Virus record (IMG/VR): IMGVR_UViG_3300032315_001604
Coordinates: 32,001 to 96,000 of that record
Direction: 5' to 3' (one strand)
Origin: a virus
DNA length: 64,000 nt
The notes below the pieces were generated by a model, which had not been told where the DNA came from, made no database searches, and saw only the letters and a program-made list of their open reading frames with translations. Shown here in pieces: positions 45,782 through 55,975 of the stretch. Made by a program: the position numbers and the translations under genes. Each line of letters begins with the position of its first letter. Positions within the stretch are counted from its first letter, which is position 1.

Positions 45782-47863
45782 ATGGGCGTAAGCGTAACAG
45801 AAAAAAACGGAAAAAAACAACGTAAAAGAAGAAGAGCAATAAAAACAAGAGCAGGTGGCTTAACTTTTGATGAAAACGTATCAACAGATGATGGTTCAGA
45901 AGTTCCATCCAGAAACGATTCTGTAAGATTAGATCATTCATCTGGAAGCTCGGTTACATTAGCATCTGGGGGTGTTGGTATAGCTTCTGTAGGAGATGTT
46001 TCGTTTAATGCTGCTGGTAATGCTCATATTACAGCAAAAGGTACTATACAAACCACAGCAGAAGGTAGCATTAGAAATTATGCACAAGGAGATATAGTTG
46101 ATGTAAGAGGTAAACAAAATGATACACAACTTGAAGCTGCAAAAAAAATGCAAGAAGGTGTCAACAGTATAGAAAAAGCAAAAGCTAATAAAATTAAAAG
46201 TACTAAAGGAGACGAAGTATTATGTCCAACATGTTCTAAAGAATATCTCACAAATAGGAAAAGTGGATTTGGATCAAGAGCATTTAAAACTATCAGAAAA
46301 TATACACCGCCTTATTTTGGATTTGCCATAGATATTCTTCAATGGCTTTATAATAATTTGGTTGCTCCGATGTTAGATATAGTATCAGGACAATCTCTTT
46401 TGGGAGGAACATGTGGAAATAAAGGATGTAAGAATGGAAAAATAGAATCTCCGAAAAAAAAATTAGAAGCAGGTAACGAAGAAGCTGTTAGAGTCGCAGA
46501 AGGCATTTCTGAAGAAATGAATGAAAATGCTTCTAAATTGAAAGGTGGAAATGTTGTTGATGTTTCTTCAGGGGATAGAACAATAAGAGCAGGATTAGTC
46601 ATGAATGATGCACCTGCTTATGTTGATACCGATACATATCACAATGAAGAATTCCGACATGAAAAAGATACAATTACTGGTGCATATTTTGCAGCAAGCG
46701 GTAAAGGTAATGCTAAAAGAGTAGTTCGAACCGTTCCGCATCATACTGTTGGTAATTTAAATTTAGAAGCTACCAACAGATTATTATTAGTAGCTGGTAG
46801 TCCAGGCTTCGGTATAGAAACCAAAGGACATGGCGATTTACAATTTGGAAGTTTTACTATTAGTGCAGGAGAAGCAGAAGCCGTCATAGCATCAAAAAAT
46901 AAAACTGTTATTAAAGGTAAAAATGTAATAATAGATGCCGAAGATAGAAGTGGTACTGAAGGTATTAAACTTCAATCCCCTCATACAAGAGTGGCAGGTG
47001 CTTTACACGTAGATGGAAATATGTCTATGATTGGAAGTCTATCAATAGATGGTAATTTGTCTGCACCTTTTTTGAAGGTTCCTTCGATGAGACTTCAAAC
47101 TGCGAAGTCAGGATCTACTAAAAGTGTTGCAAATGATGCAGAATGGCTTGGCTCTGCTCAATCTATTACTGCTGCTGATAAAGCTTTGCAAGTGATTGTA
47201 CGAGACATTATGCCAGGTCAACAACTAGATTTAGATTGGATTTTTACTCAAGCATTTGAAATTTTTAACTTAGCAAGAATTAGTTTATTAATAGAACCCG
47301 TTCCTACAGGTTTTGCGTTTTTCTTTGGATGTCCTCCGACATGTCCTCCTATGATTTTACCAATTTGGAATTGGAAACATACTCACACAAAATGCCCAGG
47401 ATCGCATACTCATGATCATACCGTTCCTAAAGGAAATTATTACGATGATCGTGAAGCATGGGGGAATGCAAGAGATGATGCCAGTTCTGTGCCTACTCCT
47501 GCTAATGATAAGGGTGATGGTTTAACCCCAGGACCAAAATCCAACGGTGGAGCGTGTGGAGGGGGTGGATTTGGTTTTGGTTCACCTAATAGCAATGCTT
47601 CAAAAAATAGATTATTAAGAAATCAAAGTTTTGGAATTAATAGCGGAGATGCTTATGGTGATTATGATTTTGTTAATATAATGCCATTGAGTGGAAATTT
47701 TGGTTATGATGAAGATGGCAACATTACACCTATAGATAAAGTTAACTTTAGTGTTAACTTGGAAGGTTGTGCGTTGTTTGATTTTAATAACAGTACAGAT
47801 TTGACTAATTCTACAAATCCAACTCCAAATGACCCATCAAAAGATGGATTGAATGACTGCTAA
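45782..47863 (+). CDS. Spike gp5/VgrG C-terminal beta-helix protein with metal-binding motifs
   Basis: R.DHSSGS, repeated beta-strand units, CPTC, CGNKGC, CPPTC, HTHTKCPGSHTHDH. Confidence 0.65.
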   Translation: MGVSVTEKNGKKQRKRRRAIKTRAGGLTFDENVSTDDGSEVPSRNDSVRLDHSSGSSVTLASGGVGIASVGDVSFNAAGNAHITAKGTIQTTAEGSIRNYAQGDIVDVRGKQNDTQLEAAKKMQEGVNSIEKAKANKIKSTKGDEVLCPTCSKEYLTNRKSGFGSRAFKTIRKYTPPYFGFAIDILQWLYNNLVAPMLDIVSGQSLLGGTCGNKGCKNGKIESPKKKLEAGNEEAVRVAEGISEEMNENASKLKGGNVVDVSSGDRTIRAGLVMNDAPAYVDTDTYHNEEFRHEKDTITGAYFAASGKGNAKRVVRTVPHHTVGNLNLEATNRLLLVAGSPGFGIETKGHGDLQFGSFTISAGEAEAVIASKNKTVIKGKNVIIDAEDRSGTEGIKLQSPHTRVAGALHVDGNMSMIGSLSIDGNLSAPFLKVPSMRLQTAKSGSTKSVANDAEWLGSAQSITAADKALQVIVRDIMPGQQLDLDWIFTQAFEIFNLARISLLIEPVPTGFAFFFGCPPTCPPMILPIWNWKHTHTKCPGSHTHDHTVPKGNYYDDREAWGNARDDASSVPTPANDKGDGLTPGPKSNGGACGGGGFGFGSPNSNASKNRLLRNQSFGINSGDAYGDYDFVNIMPLSGNFGYDEDGNITPIDKVNFSVNLEGCALFDFNNSTDLTNSTNPTPNDPSKDGLNDC

Positions 47864-48684
47864 CTATAATTTGGAATCTTATCAACAAGCATAGCTTCTG
47901 ACAAAGCCACATAATTTTGTGGCTCTTCATCAAAAGTTAAAGTATAACGAGTAGTAATGGGGATATTTAATTTTTGAGAAATATAATCTCTTTGATCGTA
48001 ATAGTATTTTATAAATTTCTTTTCTGTATAACTTATATTATTTCCATTAGCATCTTTAGTAGTTACAGTTCTACTAGCTTCTATTAAAAATAGATATACT
48101 TTAGAATAAAAAATTAATTTAACAGTCCAACCTTTATTTATAAATTCTCTTTTAATATAAGATATTAAACCATCCGAATGAGTGTTGTATTTTACTTGTA
48201 TATAATCTGTAATAAATGTTTGTAATTCTTGGGCAGTAATAGGTTTTAAATATTGATCACCTTCTTGGCATGTCGATGATGCTTCCTGAATTTTTATTCC
48301 TTCGGGATTACAAATATAATTGTTTATTACTTGACAACCACCTGCTTGTGCAATTTCCAATTGGGTAAAAGCTCTTGGTAAAAACTCTAAAGATACTGCC
48401 TTCCATACTTCTCCGAAATTGACTCTTTCGTTAGCACCAATTGCTGATAATTGAGCAAAATAAGAATCTAAAAAATGTTCATAATCAAATCCATTTTCAT
48501 TTTCTATTTTTACAACAGGATCCACATACGGAATATTAGCCAACTTTAAAAGCTGACATAGATATGGAGTAATATCAAATCTATTTAATACGTTCCAACC
48601 AGAAAGACCAGGAATAGCACTTAAACTCCCATATGTCGGGAGTGTATAATTTTGATTGTAGTATGGATTTTCGTAAAATGGCAT
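47860..48684 (-). CDS. Hypothetical protein
   Basis: 274-aa ORF, last gene of the minus-strand operon. Confidence 0.6.
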   Translation of the reverse strand: MPFYENPYYNQNYTLPTYGSLSAIPGLSGWNVLNRFDITPYLCQLLKLANIPYVDPVVKIENENGFDYEHFLDSYFAQLSAIGANERVNFGEVWKAVSLEFLPRAFTQLEIAQAGGCQVINNYICNPEGIKIQEASSTCQEGDQYLKPITAQELQTFITDYIQVKYNTHSDGLISYIKREFINKGWTVKLIFYSKVYLFLIEASRTVTTKDANGNNISYTEKKFIKYYYDQRDYISQKLNIPITTRYTLTFDEEPQNYVALSEAMLVDKIPNYS

Positions 48685-49078
48685 TTAATCTAAAAAGTTT
48701 TCTTGTTGTTGTTTGATAAAAATAGTTTTTAAAAATTCCATGATAGCGTCTCTATCTCTAGCCTTTTCATAATTTTGTAAAATAATACGTTCTCCGTCCA
48801 AATTATAACCAAAAACTATAAAAGAATCTAAATACTCGGATACAATCGCTTTTAAAAGACCTAAATCTCTCATAGCAATAGTATTTTGCGTATGGTTATC
48901 TTTTAACCACTTATCTAAACTTTTTTCTAATTCTTTTCGATTGACCTCGTTAAAAACTTTTTCTGCAACTTCTTGCATATCAAATTTTTTCTTTACGGCA
49001 GGTTTGGTTTCACAAATGTTTGCTGACAAAGCTGGTGTTTGGGAATCCTTTAAAAGTCTTTTACCTTTTTTAGAAGCC
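48685..49078 (-). CDS. Hypothetical protein; probable start MASKKGK
   Basis: The ORF track extends to 49149 inside the upstream gene; internal ATG preferred. Confidence 0.5.
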
Positions 49079-49081
49079 ATA

Positions 49082-49402
49082 CTATTGTTTATATGTTTGG
49101 GATTTATTATTGATACCAAATTTAACAAGATATTCGATAATAATTTCAATTGAACTGGTTTTTAATTTAAAATTTTCTGGAACATATTGATTTCCATCTG
49201 AAATCTCGAAATATTCTTCTCCTAAATAATTACGATTATTAAAACATGTAATAAAAATTGAAGTATTTTTAGGATCTACTATAGCTGTCCAGCAACGAGG
49301 ATCATGATCTGAATAATCAGAAAAAAGTTTGTCTGCTACGTATCCGCTATCTCTAAGTCTTTTTATGAAATAGCTAACTGTTGTTATTTTATTTTTAGCC
49401 AT
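49082..49402 (-). CDS. Conserved hypothetical protein
   Basis: 106-aa ORF in the replication operon. Confidence 0.6.
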   Translation of the reverse strand: MAKNKITTVSYFIKRLRDSGYVADKLFSDYSDHDPRCWTAIVDPKNTSIFITCFNNRNYLGEEYFEISDGNQYVPENFKLKTSSIEIIIEYLVKFGINNKSQTYKQ

Positions 49403-49425
49403 ATAAACAACTTATTCTTTAGTAT

Positions 49426-50181
49426 TTATTTAACAAGTGCAGATACAATATATTTAAACTGCACATTTTCATCATCTTGCGATTGAAAGACAAAAACATT
49501 GTACTGATTGTTAATTTTAACTTTTATTGGGTTTTTACTTAAAATAAAGTTTTTAAATATCTCTACATTAATCGGCATTGGTGAAGATAATGGTTGGCCT
49601 AAAACCTTTTCTGACAAAAGCATAGAAATGTTATCTATATTTTGTAAAGTTCTGTCGTTTATTTCTCCATATATCTGATCGTTTTTACTATAAACATATA
49701 ACTTTGTTGCATCTGTAGCAAATGCATATGCGGACATTATTTTTTTAAATTTGTCTGTAGAAATTTCAAATTCTGTATCAAAAGTTAATTTTGCGATTTT
49801 TTGAACGTTTACGGTAGATTCTTTAATAATTCCATCATCGACTAAATGATATTTAAAGTGACATATTTCACCAGTATCTTTATTTTCTAGTTGGCATTTA
49901 ATGTGATTATCAGTCAAAGATATGGAAAATTCTCCATCATCACCTAAACAATCTAATCCTGTTAGAAGTTTTTTAATGTTAATCAAGTTGAGTTTAAATG
50001 GATTTACGTCCACAGGCAATTCTGCTTTAGCATATAAAATTAAAGAGTTGTCTGATGGTGTACAAATAGTGTACATCTCTTTGTCAGAGGCTTTTAAAAC
50101 ACAACTTTCGCTTAATTTGCTGACAGGCTTTAATAATTTTTCCAAAAATGTTTTTGGAATAGGTAGAATTCTTTCAGTCAT
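49426..50181 (-). CDS. gp45: Sliding clamp (gp45/PCNA-like)
   Basis: 251 aa with two-domain alpha/beta pattern, C-terminal FKYIVSAL; replication operon. Confidence 0.65.
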   Translation of the reverse strand: MTERILPIPKTFLEKLLKPVSKLSESCVLKASDKEMYTICTPSDNSLILYAKAELPVDVNPFKLNLINIKKLLTGLDCLGDDGEFSISLTDNHIKCQLENKDTGEICHFKYHLVDDGIIKESTVNVQKIAKLTFDTEFEISTDKFKKIMSAYAFATDATKLYVYSKNDQIYGEINDRTLQNIDNISMLLSEKVLGQPLSSPMPINVEIFKNFILSKNPIKVKINNQYNVFVFQSQDDENVQFKYIVSALVK

Positions 50182-50677
50182 TTAGTACTTGCTTCTTTTT
50201 ATCTACTTTTAGTGTATGAGTTTTTACATAAAAATCAACAAGTTTTTCAAGAGAATTTGCAATTTTTTCAAATGATTGCTCTAAAGAAGAAGAAGTTTGA
50301 ATGTTCATCTTTGGATTGGAAGTATTCTGTACCAATGTTTGAACTTCTTCTGTAGGGATAGAAGATGCCTGTATTACTGGCTGTACTGGTGCAGGTGCTA
50401 CATTTTGCACCACTGGTGGCATTTCAATCAAATCAGGTGGTTTACTGTACATGGAAGTATCAGGAACCATTTTTTGTACTAATGCCTCTGAAACATATCC
50501 AGAGGCATTCCCAAACTGCTTGTTCGGATCAACAACTTTTGCAATAAACTGATTAATGTCTATTCTATTTGCTGGTACATTTGATCTTTCAAGAGAAAAC
50601 TTGTCAATCATGTTGAGATGTGACCCAACAATTTTAGCAAGTTTTGCTGCTTCTAAATGATCGTCTTTAGATGGCAT
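50174..50677 (-). CDS. Hypothetical protein (Pro/Gln-rich linker)
   Basis: Lies between gp32 and the clamp. Confidence 0.6.
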   Translation of the reverse strand: MPSKDDHLEAAKLAKIVGSHLNMIDKFSLERSNVPANRIDINQFIAKVVDPNKQFGNASGYVSEALVQKMVPDTSMYSKPPDLIEMPPVVQNVAPAPVQPVIQASSIPTEEVQTLVQNTSNPKMNIQTSSSLEQSFEKIANSLEKLVDFYVKTHTLKVDKKKQVLND

Positions 50678-50680
50678 ATC

Positions 50681-51526
50681 TTAGAGATCTTTTAAGATAT
50701 CTTGCATTTTCTTATCTTCATCAGTTTCTTCATCTGAAGATTTTGCAACAACTTCCTTAGAAGAAGGAACAAAATCAACGTCTTCGACTTCTTGTTCCGA
50801 AGAAGATGAAGTATTTTCTTCAACTTCGCCTAAATAATGCGTGTTGAAAAGTTTTTTGATTTCATCATAAGATTTATGTTCAAAGACAGAATCCAACTCA
50901 TGAATTGAATTGTAAAGAGATTCGATATCGTCTGCTCCTTCTAATGTTGAAGGAGACACGAATTTAGAATAAACATATGTGGGATAACCCCCCTCATTCT
51001 TTTCGACTTTAATCTTCAAGTTACAACCTTTGTCGGATAGATCAAAGATCTTAGGACCAAATTCATTCGAATCGTCTCCACTGATAGCAGACTCAATAAT
51101 TCTGGCGAGTTGTCTACCATAACGAAGAATTTTAATTTTTCCTTGATTTTCAGGATTGGTTGGATCTTTAACAACAAAGACATTGACTAACCAATTTTCA
51201 TTTCTTTTGATTGGAAGCATTTTGTCAATTTCATTCTGGTCTTTGGTATTATAAACTTTAGAACGATATTCATCGATTGGGCATTTTTCTCCGTATGTAT
51301 TTGGACAAAGAACCGAAGTAATATTATTAGTTAAATTACTCTTCCAAATATGATTATAGTAATGGAAAAGAGTTCTTTCAGGATTGTTAACATTTGGAAT
51401 TAAGCGAACAATATAAGTCTTGTCCACTTCAGTTTTCATAAAGTCCTTAAAAGAACTTTCTGTTGGTGTATTTTTATTAAGTGCTTCTTTGATTGATTCG
51501 AATAATGATGATGTATATTTGCTCAT
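50681..51526 (-). CDS. gp32: Single-stranded DNA-binding protein, T4 gp32-like
   Basis: VRLIP, H.W, CP.TYGEKCPI, NVFVVKDP..PEN.GK..I..YG, acidic tail. Confidence 0.93.
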   Translation of the reverse strand: MSKYTSSLFESIKEALNKNTPTESSFKDFMKTEVDKTYIVRLIPNVNNPERTLFHYYNHIWKSNLTNNITSVLCPNTYGEKCPIDEYRSKVYNTKDQNEIDKMLPIKRNENWLVNVFVVKDPTNPENQGKIKILRYGRQLARIIESAISGDDSNEFGPKIFDLSDKGCNLKIKVEKNEGGYPTYVYSKFVSPSTLEGADDIESLYNSIHELDSVFEHKSYDEIKKLFNTHYLGEVEENTSSSSEQEVEDVDFVPSSKEVVAKSSDEETDEDKKMQDILKDL

Positions 51527-51533
51527 ATGTTTT

Positions 51534-51561
51534 ATATTAACAGGTTTTCTTAGTTGTGCAA
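51534..51561 (-). promoter_or_regulatory. sigma70-type promoter; ATG 51526 lies 7 nt after the -10 box
   Basis: Minus strand TTGCAC-16 nt-TAATAT with extended TG. Confidence 0.6.
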
Positions 51562-52194
51562 CTCTTTTTTAAGAAAATCTTCAATTTTTTTTGTAACAGT
51601 TTTGACGTAATCTTTAGTTTTAGGCGAGTTGTGATATCTAACTTTGAATGTTTCGATTTTACCTAAAAGTGTATTAGAATACAAATCATGTTCATCTTCA
51701 GATAAAAGTGAAAATGCATTATTAATGTTACCTAGTTCCATTAAACTATAAGGATTTATGCGATGCTCTCTGTAATGATTAAGCCATGAAAACATATATC
51801 CATTTTTAAAATTTAAATACTCCTTTAAGGTTATTTTATTTTTTAAACAAAACATTCCAATAAATCTTAAACTTTCTTTTATATCTTCAAATTGATTTTC
51901 TGGATTGTCTTCTTCTTTTTGTTTTTTATAAACGGAATATGTTCTAATCGCTACTCTTGTGGTAAAAAAGTTTAAATATGGATATTTTTCATCAGAATGT
52001 AAAATTCTCGGTGCTTCAAAATATTCTTCTATTTTAATATGGTTATATTTTTGGAAAAAGTTTTCCAGTTTTACTAGCAATGCTTTATTTTCTACTGAAA
52101 TATCAGAAAAGTCTTTTCTGTACTGAAAAGGTTGACCATATCTTAAATTTTTTAAAAAAGTATTATAGATATATTCTTGTGTTTTACTCAACAT
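51550..52194 (-). CDS. Hypothetical protein, positional candidate for a gp59-like helicase loader
   Basis: 214 aa, helical and basic, directly upstream of gp32; no diagnostic motif. Confidence 0.4.
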   Translation of the reverse strand: MLSKTQEYIYNTFLKNLRYGQPFQYRKDFSDISVENKALLVKLENFFQKYNHIKIEEYFEAPRILHSDEKYPYLNFFTTRVAIRTYSVYKKQKEEDNPENQFEDIKESLRFIGMFCLKNKITLKEYLNFKNGYMFSWLNHYREHRINPYSLMELGNINNAFSLLSEDEHDLYSNTLLGKIETFKVRYHNSPKTKDYVKTVTKKIEDFLKKELHN

Positions 52195-52492
52195 TTTTTC
52201 TTTTTTGATTTAGTTTTGATCGAAATATTTTTTTATATACGTTTGGTGTAGATTTTAAATATGCTCTAATGATGTTTTGTAAATTTGATTCTCCTATTAA
52301 TTCAAAATAAATTTTTTGTGTTTTTTTATCATCTACTAAAAATTTTAAAAAATTTAAATAATTTAATTTTTTTCCTTTAGCAATACATACGAAAGATCCA
52401 AATTTAAGAGTAACTTCTTCAAATTCTTCTAGATTTATAGCTTCTGCTGGATTGCTAAATTCTTGTAATTGTTGAGACGATGTAATAATCAT
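52184..52492 (-). CDS. Hypothetical protein
   Basis: 102-aa ORF in the operon. Confidence 0.55.
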   Translation of the reverse strand: MIITSSQQLQEFSNPAEAINLEEFEEVTLKFGSFVCIAKGKKLNYLNFLKFLVDDKKTQKIYFELIGESNLQNIIRAYLKSTPNVYKKIFRSKLNQKRKNVE

Positions 52493-53385
52493 AGTGGTTT
52501 TAAATTTTTTGTCAACTCCATAAAAAGAGGAGTTATTTTTCCTCCTGCTGCATAAGTGTGTCCTGCCCCTTCACAAAACTTTTCAGCAAATTTATTCAAA
52601 TCTATGGGATTTTTATCTTTCCTTTGTCTTAAACTGACTTTTTGTGTTTTACTGTTAATGAAAAAGAACAGATCTGGATCATATTTTCTCATCAAAGAAT
52701 CCATAACCAAATTGTTTAAAGAATTTGTTAATACTCCCATTGTATCTTTTTTAATTCCTTTAATTTCTAAAGAACCAAAAAATTTGGGACACGATTCTGC
52801 TTCTTTTGAAGCAAGACTTTTAACATTTTTAATCCTATTTTTTTGATTTTCTGAAAATGGTTTAAATCCTTGTTTATAATCATGAATAAATTTAACAAAA
52901 TTATTTTTATATTCAGTCCAAAAAAGAATATTTAAATCATAAGACTCTTCAAATTGAAGTTTAAATGAATCATAATCATCAGTTAAAAGTATTAATTTTT
53001 TCTGTTCATTTGAAAGAGAAGGTGCTTTATCTGCAAAATGTTTTCTTATTAAAAGAGAATTCGAACTAGTTTCACTATAAATGATTTTTGCTTTTTTAAA
53101 ACGATTTACGAAGTTTTCAGAACTTTTATGATGGTCTATAAAAGTAATATATTCTTTATCTAAATCTGATACAAAACTTTCTCTTAAAGAAAGATCAAAA
53201 ACATATATATTAGGAGGAGGGATATTTATAGTTCTGGAAATAAAACTCTTGATTTCATCTGTTTGTAAATTATTGATGTTATTAAATGTGATAGCATCGT
53301 TTGGGTGTGACCACAGAAAAGTCAATAAACTCACAGCACCATCTAGGTCATTGTGAGTAAAAATCTGATTCATATTTTTCTGCAT
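52489..53385 (-). CDS. DHH/DHHA1 phosphoesterase (NrnA/RecJ-related)
   Basis: THNDLDG, FD, IDHH, DDYD, GAGHTYAAG motifs. Confidence 0.9.
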   Translation of the reverse strand: MQKNMNQIFTHNDLDGAVSLLTFLWSHPNDAITFNNINNLQTDEIKSFISRTINIPPPNIYVFDLSLRESFVSDLDKEYITFIDHHKSSENFVNRFKKAKIIYSETSSNSLLIRKHFADKAPSLSNEQKKLILLTDDYDSFKLQFEESYDLNILFWTEYKNNFVKFIHDYKQGFKPFSENQKNRIKNVKSLASKEAESCPKFFGSLEIKGIKKDTMGVLTNSLNNLVMDSLMRKYDPDLFFFINSKTQKVSLRQRKDKNPIDLNKFAEKFCEGAGHTYAAGGKITPLFMELTKNLKPL

Positions 53386-53407
53386 AGGAGTATTTAATCA
53401 CCTATGA

Positions 53408-54802
53408 TCATTTTTCATCATCTAAACTTAAACTTTCTATAAGATCTAAAGTACTGGTTACGTTAGGATTACTATCTTTTTTTAGGTTGCTTGGAATCGT
53501 TCCTTTAACAACAAAGGATTTAGCAACATCGTCTGGATCTCGTAAAGATAATGTTTCATAATCAATTTCTAAAACCGTATGGCATTGTCTAGGACCAAAC
53601 CTATTTTTGACAATACCCATATGAATAATACCTAATTCAAAATCTTCAGCTTCGGTCCAAATTGAAATCTGTGCATCTACTGTATGAGAAAGACCCATAG
53701 ACTCACTAGTCATATCCATATCAGGATTTGGTGTTTGAAACGCAGATCTATTAGCTTGTGTTGCAGATATAATCGGACAACTAAAATGATAAGATAATGC
53801 TCTTACTTGTTCTGTAATTTCTTTTATTGATTCGTATGAATTTAGTCCTTTGGTATTTGGTGCGAGCAAATTTAAATAATCCAAAACGATTGCATCTGGA
53901 TGAATACCTTGTTTGTTAAGTTTTTCAATATAGGATTTGATCTGTAAAGGTGATACTGTTTTGGTTGGAAATTCTTTAATGACCAATTTGGAATTTTGAT
54001 TTTTAATTTTATAAGAATTTAAATATTTTTTAAGAGGATCAATTTGCAATGACAAATCTTTGAATGGAATTTTAGAAAGCTGTGCGCTAATACGACGAGC
54101 ATAAATTTGTTCTGGCATTTCCAAAGAAATTAATAGAACTGTTTTATTTTGACTTAAAAGATTTGTTGCAATATTGCCCAAAAATATAGACTTTCCAACA
54201 TTTGTTACACCGAAAAATACATATAATGCTCTTCCATCTGCCATGAATCCACCGCCGAGTTTATCATCCAACCAATTCCAACCAGTAGGTATAACTTTAA
54301 ATACTTTTTGAATATCTGCACAATGTTGATCGATAGATTCTAAATAATCGAATCCTAAGTTATCTACCAGAGAAATATTACATGCATTTTCAAAATCTTT
54401 TAAAATTTTAGATGCGTCTATTTCTCCTGTTTGGATATCTAAAGACGTTTTAAGTACAGTATTTAAAACTGCTTTTTCTTTTAAAAATCTTTCTGTATTT
54501 TTAAGTAGAACCTCTTTATCGTATTTTTTATCCAGCGACTGAATGAGTAATATAGTCTCTTTTAAAGCTTCTCTTTTATCTTGATCGATTAAATGTGCTT
54601 TAAGTTCAGTTACATTCGGAGTTTTAGAAAACTCTTTATAATAAGAAAGCAAACAATCAAATATTGTTTTTATGCTCTTATTCTTAAAATAAGAAGGTTT
54701 GACATGACTGATGATTGTTTCTAAATACGATTGATCAAACAATGCATTGTAAATTACAATCTTTTCAAAAAGATCTAAATCTAATGGCAACTGCTTGTTC
54801 AT
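53408..54802 (-). CDS. gp41: Replicative DnaB-like helicase, T4 gp41-like
   Basis: TGW.WLD..LGGG, GVTNVGKS Walker A, SLEM, VLDYLN, ATQANR, SES.G, KNRFG. Confidence 0.96.
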   Translation of the reverse strand: MNKQLPLDLDLFEKIVIYNALFDQSYLETIISHVKPSYFKNKSIKTIFDCLLSYYKEFSKTPNVTELKAHLIDQDKREALKETILLIQSLDKKYDKEVLLKNTERFLKEKAVLNTVLKTSLDIQTGEIDASKILKDFENACNISLVDNLGFDYLESIDQHCADIQKVFKVIPTGWNWLDDKLGGGFMADGRALYVFFGVTNVGKSIFLGNIATNLLSQNKTVLLISLEMPEQIYARRISAQLSKIPFKDLSLQIDPLKKYLNSYKIKNQNSKLVIKEFPTKTVSPLQIKSYIEKLNKQGIHPDAIVLDYLNLLAPNTKGLNSYESIKEITEQVRALSYHFSCPIISATQANRSAFQTPNPDMDMTSESMGLSHTVDAQISIWTEAEDFELGIIHMGIVKNRFGPRQCHTVLEIDYETLSLRDPDDVAKSFVVKGTIPSNLKKDSNPNVTSTLDLIESLSLDDEK

Positions 54803-54808
54803 TGTAAG

Positions 54809-54836
54809 ATTATAAAGTGTTTTTTATAAAACACAA
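54809..54836 (-). promoter_or_regulatory. sigma70-type promoter; ATG 54802 lies 6 nt after the -10 box
   Basis: Minus strand TTGTGT-16 nt-TATAAT. Confidence 0.6.
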
Positions 54837-54840
54837 TCTA

Positions 54841-55941
54841 TTACAAATCTTCTTTTTTAAATTTTAATTCGGTTTGAAGTTTTTCTTCAAGTTTTGGTAA
54901 AATTTTTGACCATACTTCGTCATTATCTTTCCAATCTTTATAGAAGCCTAAAACCTCTTCGCCAAGAGCATATCTATGGCCTTGTTTATGAAGAACCTCA
55001 TATCCTTCAGCCATTTCAAGCAATCCTGAATATTTGGAAATACCTGATCTGAAATTAAGATACATTTCACATTCTAAAAATGGAGGAATGAATCTATTTT
55101 TTGTTGTAAGTGCTCGCATAGTTAAGCCATTAACATCTTTAGAAAGCGGCGTAACATCTTCTGTTGCATTTTTGTTATCGGATCTACTAACTCTTTCTTG
55201 TTTTGTTGCCATCTGTACAAGAACAGAAGACATATACAACGGACCAGAGCCTCCCGATTGGCTTTTAACTAGCGTAGGATACAATGCACCTGGATTATCA
55301 TATGTATGGTTTGTAAAGACAATTGGGCAGTTTGCTTTTGCTGCGGCATGAGTTATAGCACGAAGCATACTTTTAAGAGAAACTGCTCTAGCACCCATAT
55401 CTGCTGAGTCTTTACCATCTTCAATAATTTTGGCCTCTCTTGCCGAAATTAAATTTCCAAGAGAATCAATTGCAATAATAACTTTACCTTGTAATCCTTT
55501 TTCAACAACTGTTTTTAGAAACTTAACCATTTGATTTCTACATTCTTCAATGATTTCAATCGGACAATGTTTAATTTTACTAGGATCACATCCCAAATTT
55601 TCTGCGGTGTCTTTATCTAAGGCGTTTTCTGTATCAAAATAAACGACATGCATACCCTTTTTCTGAGCATTTGCCATGATTTTATTGACCATTAATGTTT
55701 TACCACAAGCTTGTGGTCCTGCAAATCCTGTAATTCTTCCTACAGGGATTCCGCCATATAAAGAACCTGAAATAATAGCATTTAATGCCATACATCCAGT
55801 ATCAATCCACTCATTTACAGTTGATAAACTGTTTTCATCAAGGAAAGTTGCATCTGGATTTAAATCATCAAGAATTTTAAAAGCATCTTCAATTGACCCA
55901 TCATTAAAATTATCATTAATTTCTTTTTTATTTTTAGCCAT
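54841..55941 (-). CDS. uvsX: RecA/UvsX recombinase
   Basis: IDTGC.ALN..ISG, GPQACGKT, FDTE.A, IDSLG, NHTY, GG.G..Y.SS, KNRF.PPF. Confidence 0.96.
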   Translation of the reverse strand: MAKNKKEINDNFNDGSIEDAFKILDDLNPDATFLDENSLSTVNEWIDTGCMALNAIISGSLYGGIPVGRITGFAGPQACGKTLMVNKIMANAQKKGMHVVYFDTENALDKDTAENLGCDPSKIKHCPIEIIEECRNQMVKFLKTVVEKGLQGKVIIAIDSLGNLISAREAKIIEDGKDSADMGARAVSLKSMLRAITHAAAKANCPIVFTNHTYDNPGALYPTLVKSQSGGSGPLYMSSVLVQMATKQERVSRSDNKNATEDVTPLSKDVNGLTMRALTTKNRFIPPFLECEMYLNFRSGISKYSGLLEMAEGYEVLHKQGHRYALGEEVLGFYKDWKDNDEVWSKILPKLEEKLQTELKFKKEDL

Positions 55942-55947
55942 ATTTAT

Positions 55948-55975
55948 ATGATAACAAAAAAGGCCGAAAAGTCAA
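55948..55975 (-). promoter_or_regulatory. sigma70-type promoter embedded in the terminator hairpin; ATG 55941 lies 6 nt after the -10 box
   Basis: Minus strand TTGACT-16 nt-TATCAT with extended TG. Confidence 0.6.

Noticed and set aside
45770-45790. Programmed frameshift or readthrough fusing the two gp5 halves
   Set aside because: The two ORFs are in the same frame, but the second has its own ATG 3 nt after a TAA and I see no readthrough or slippery signal
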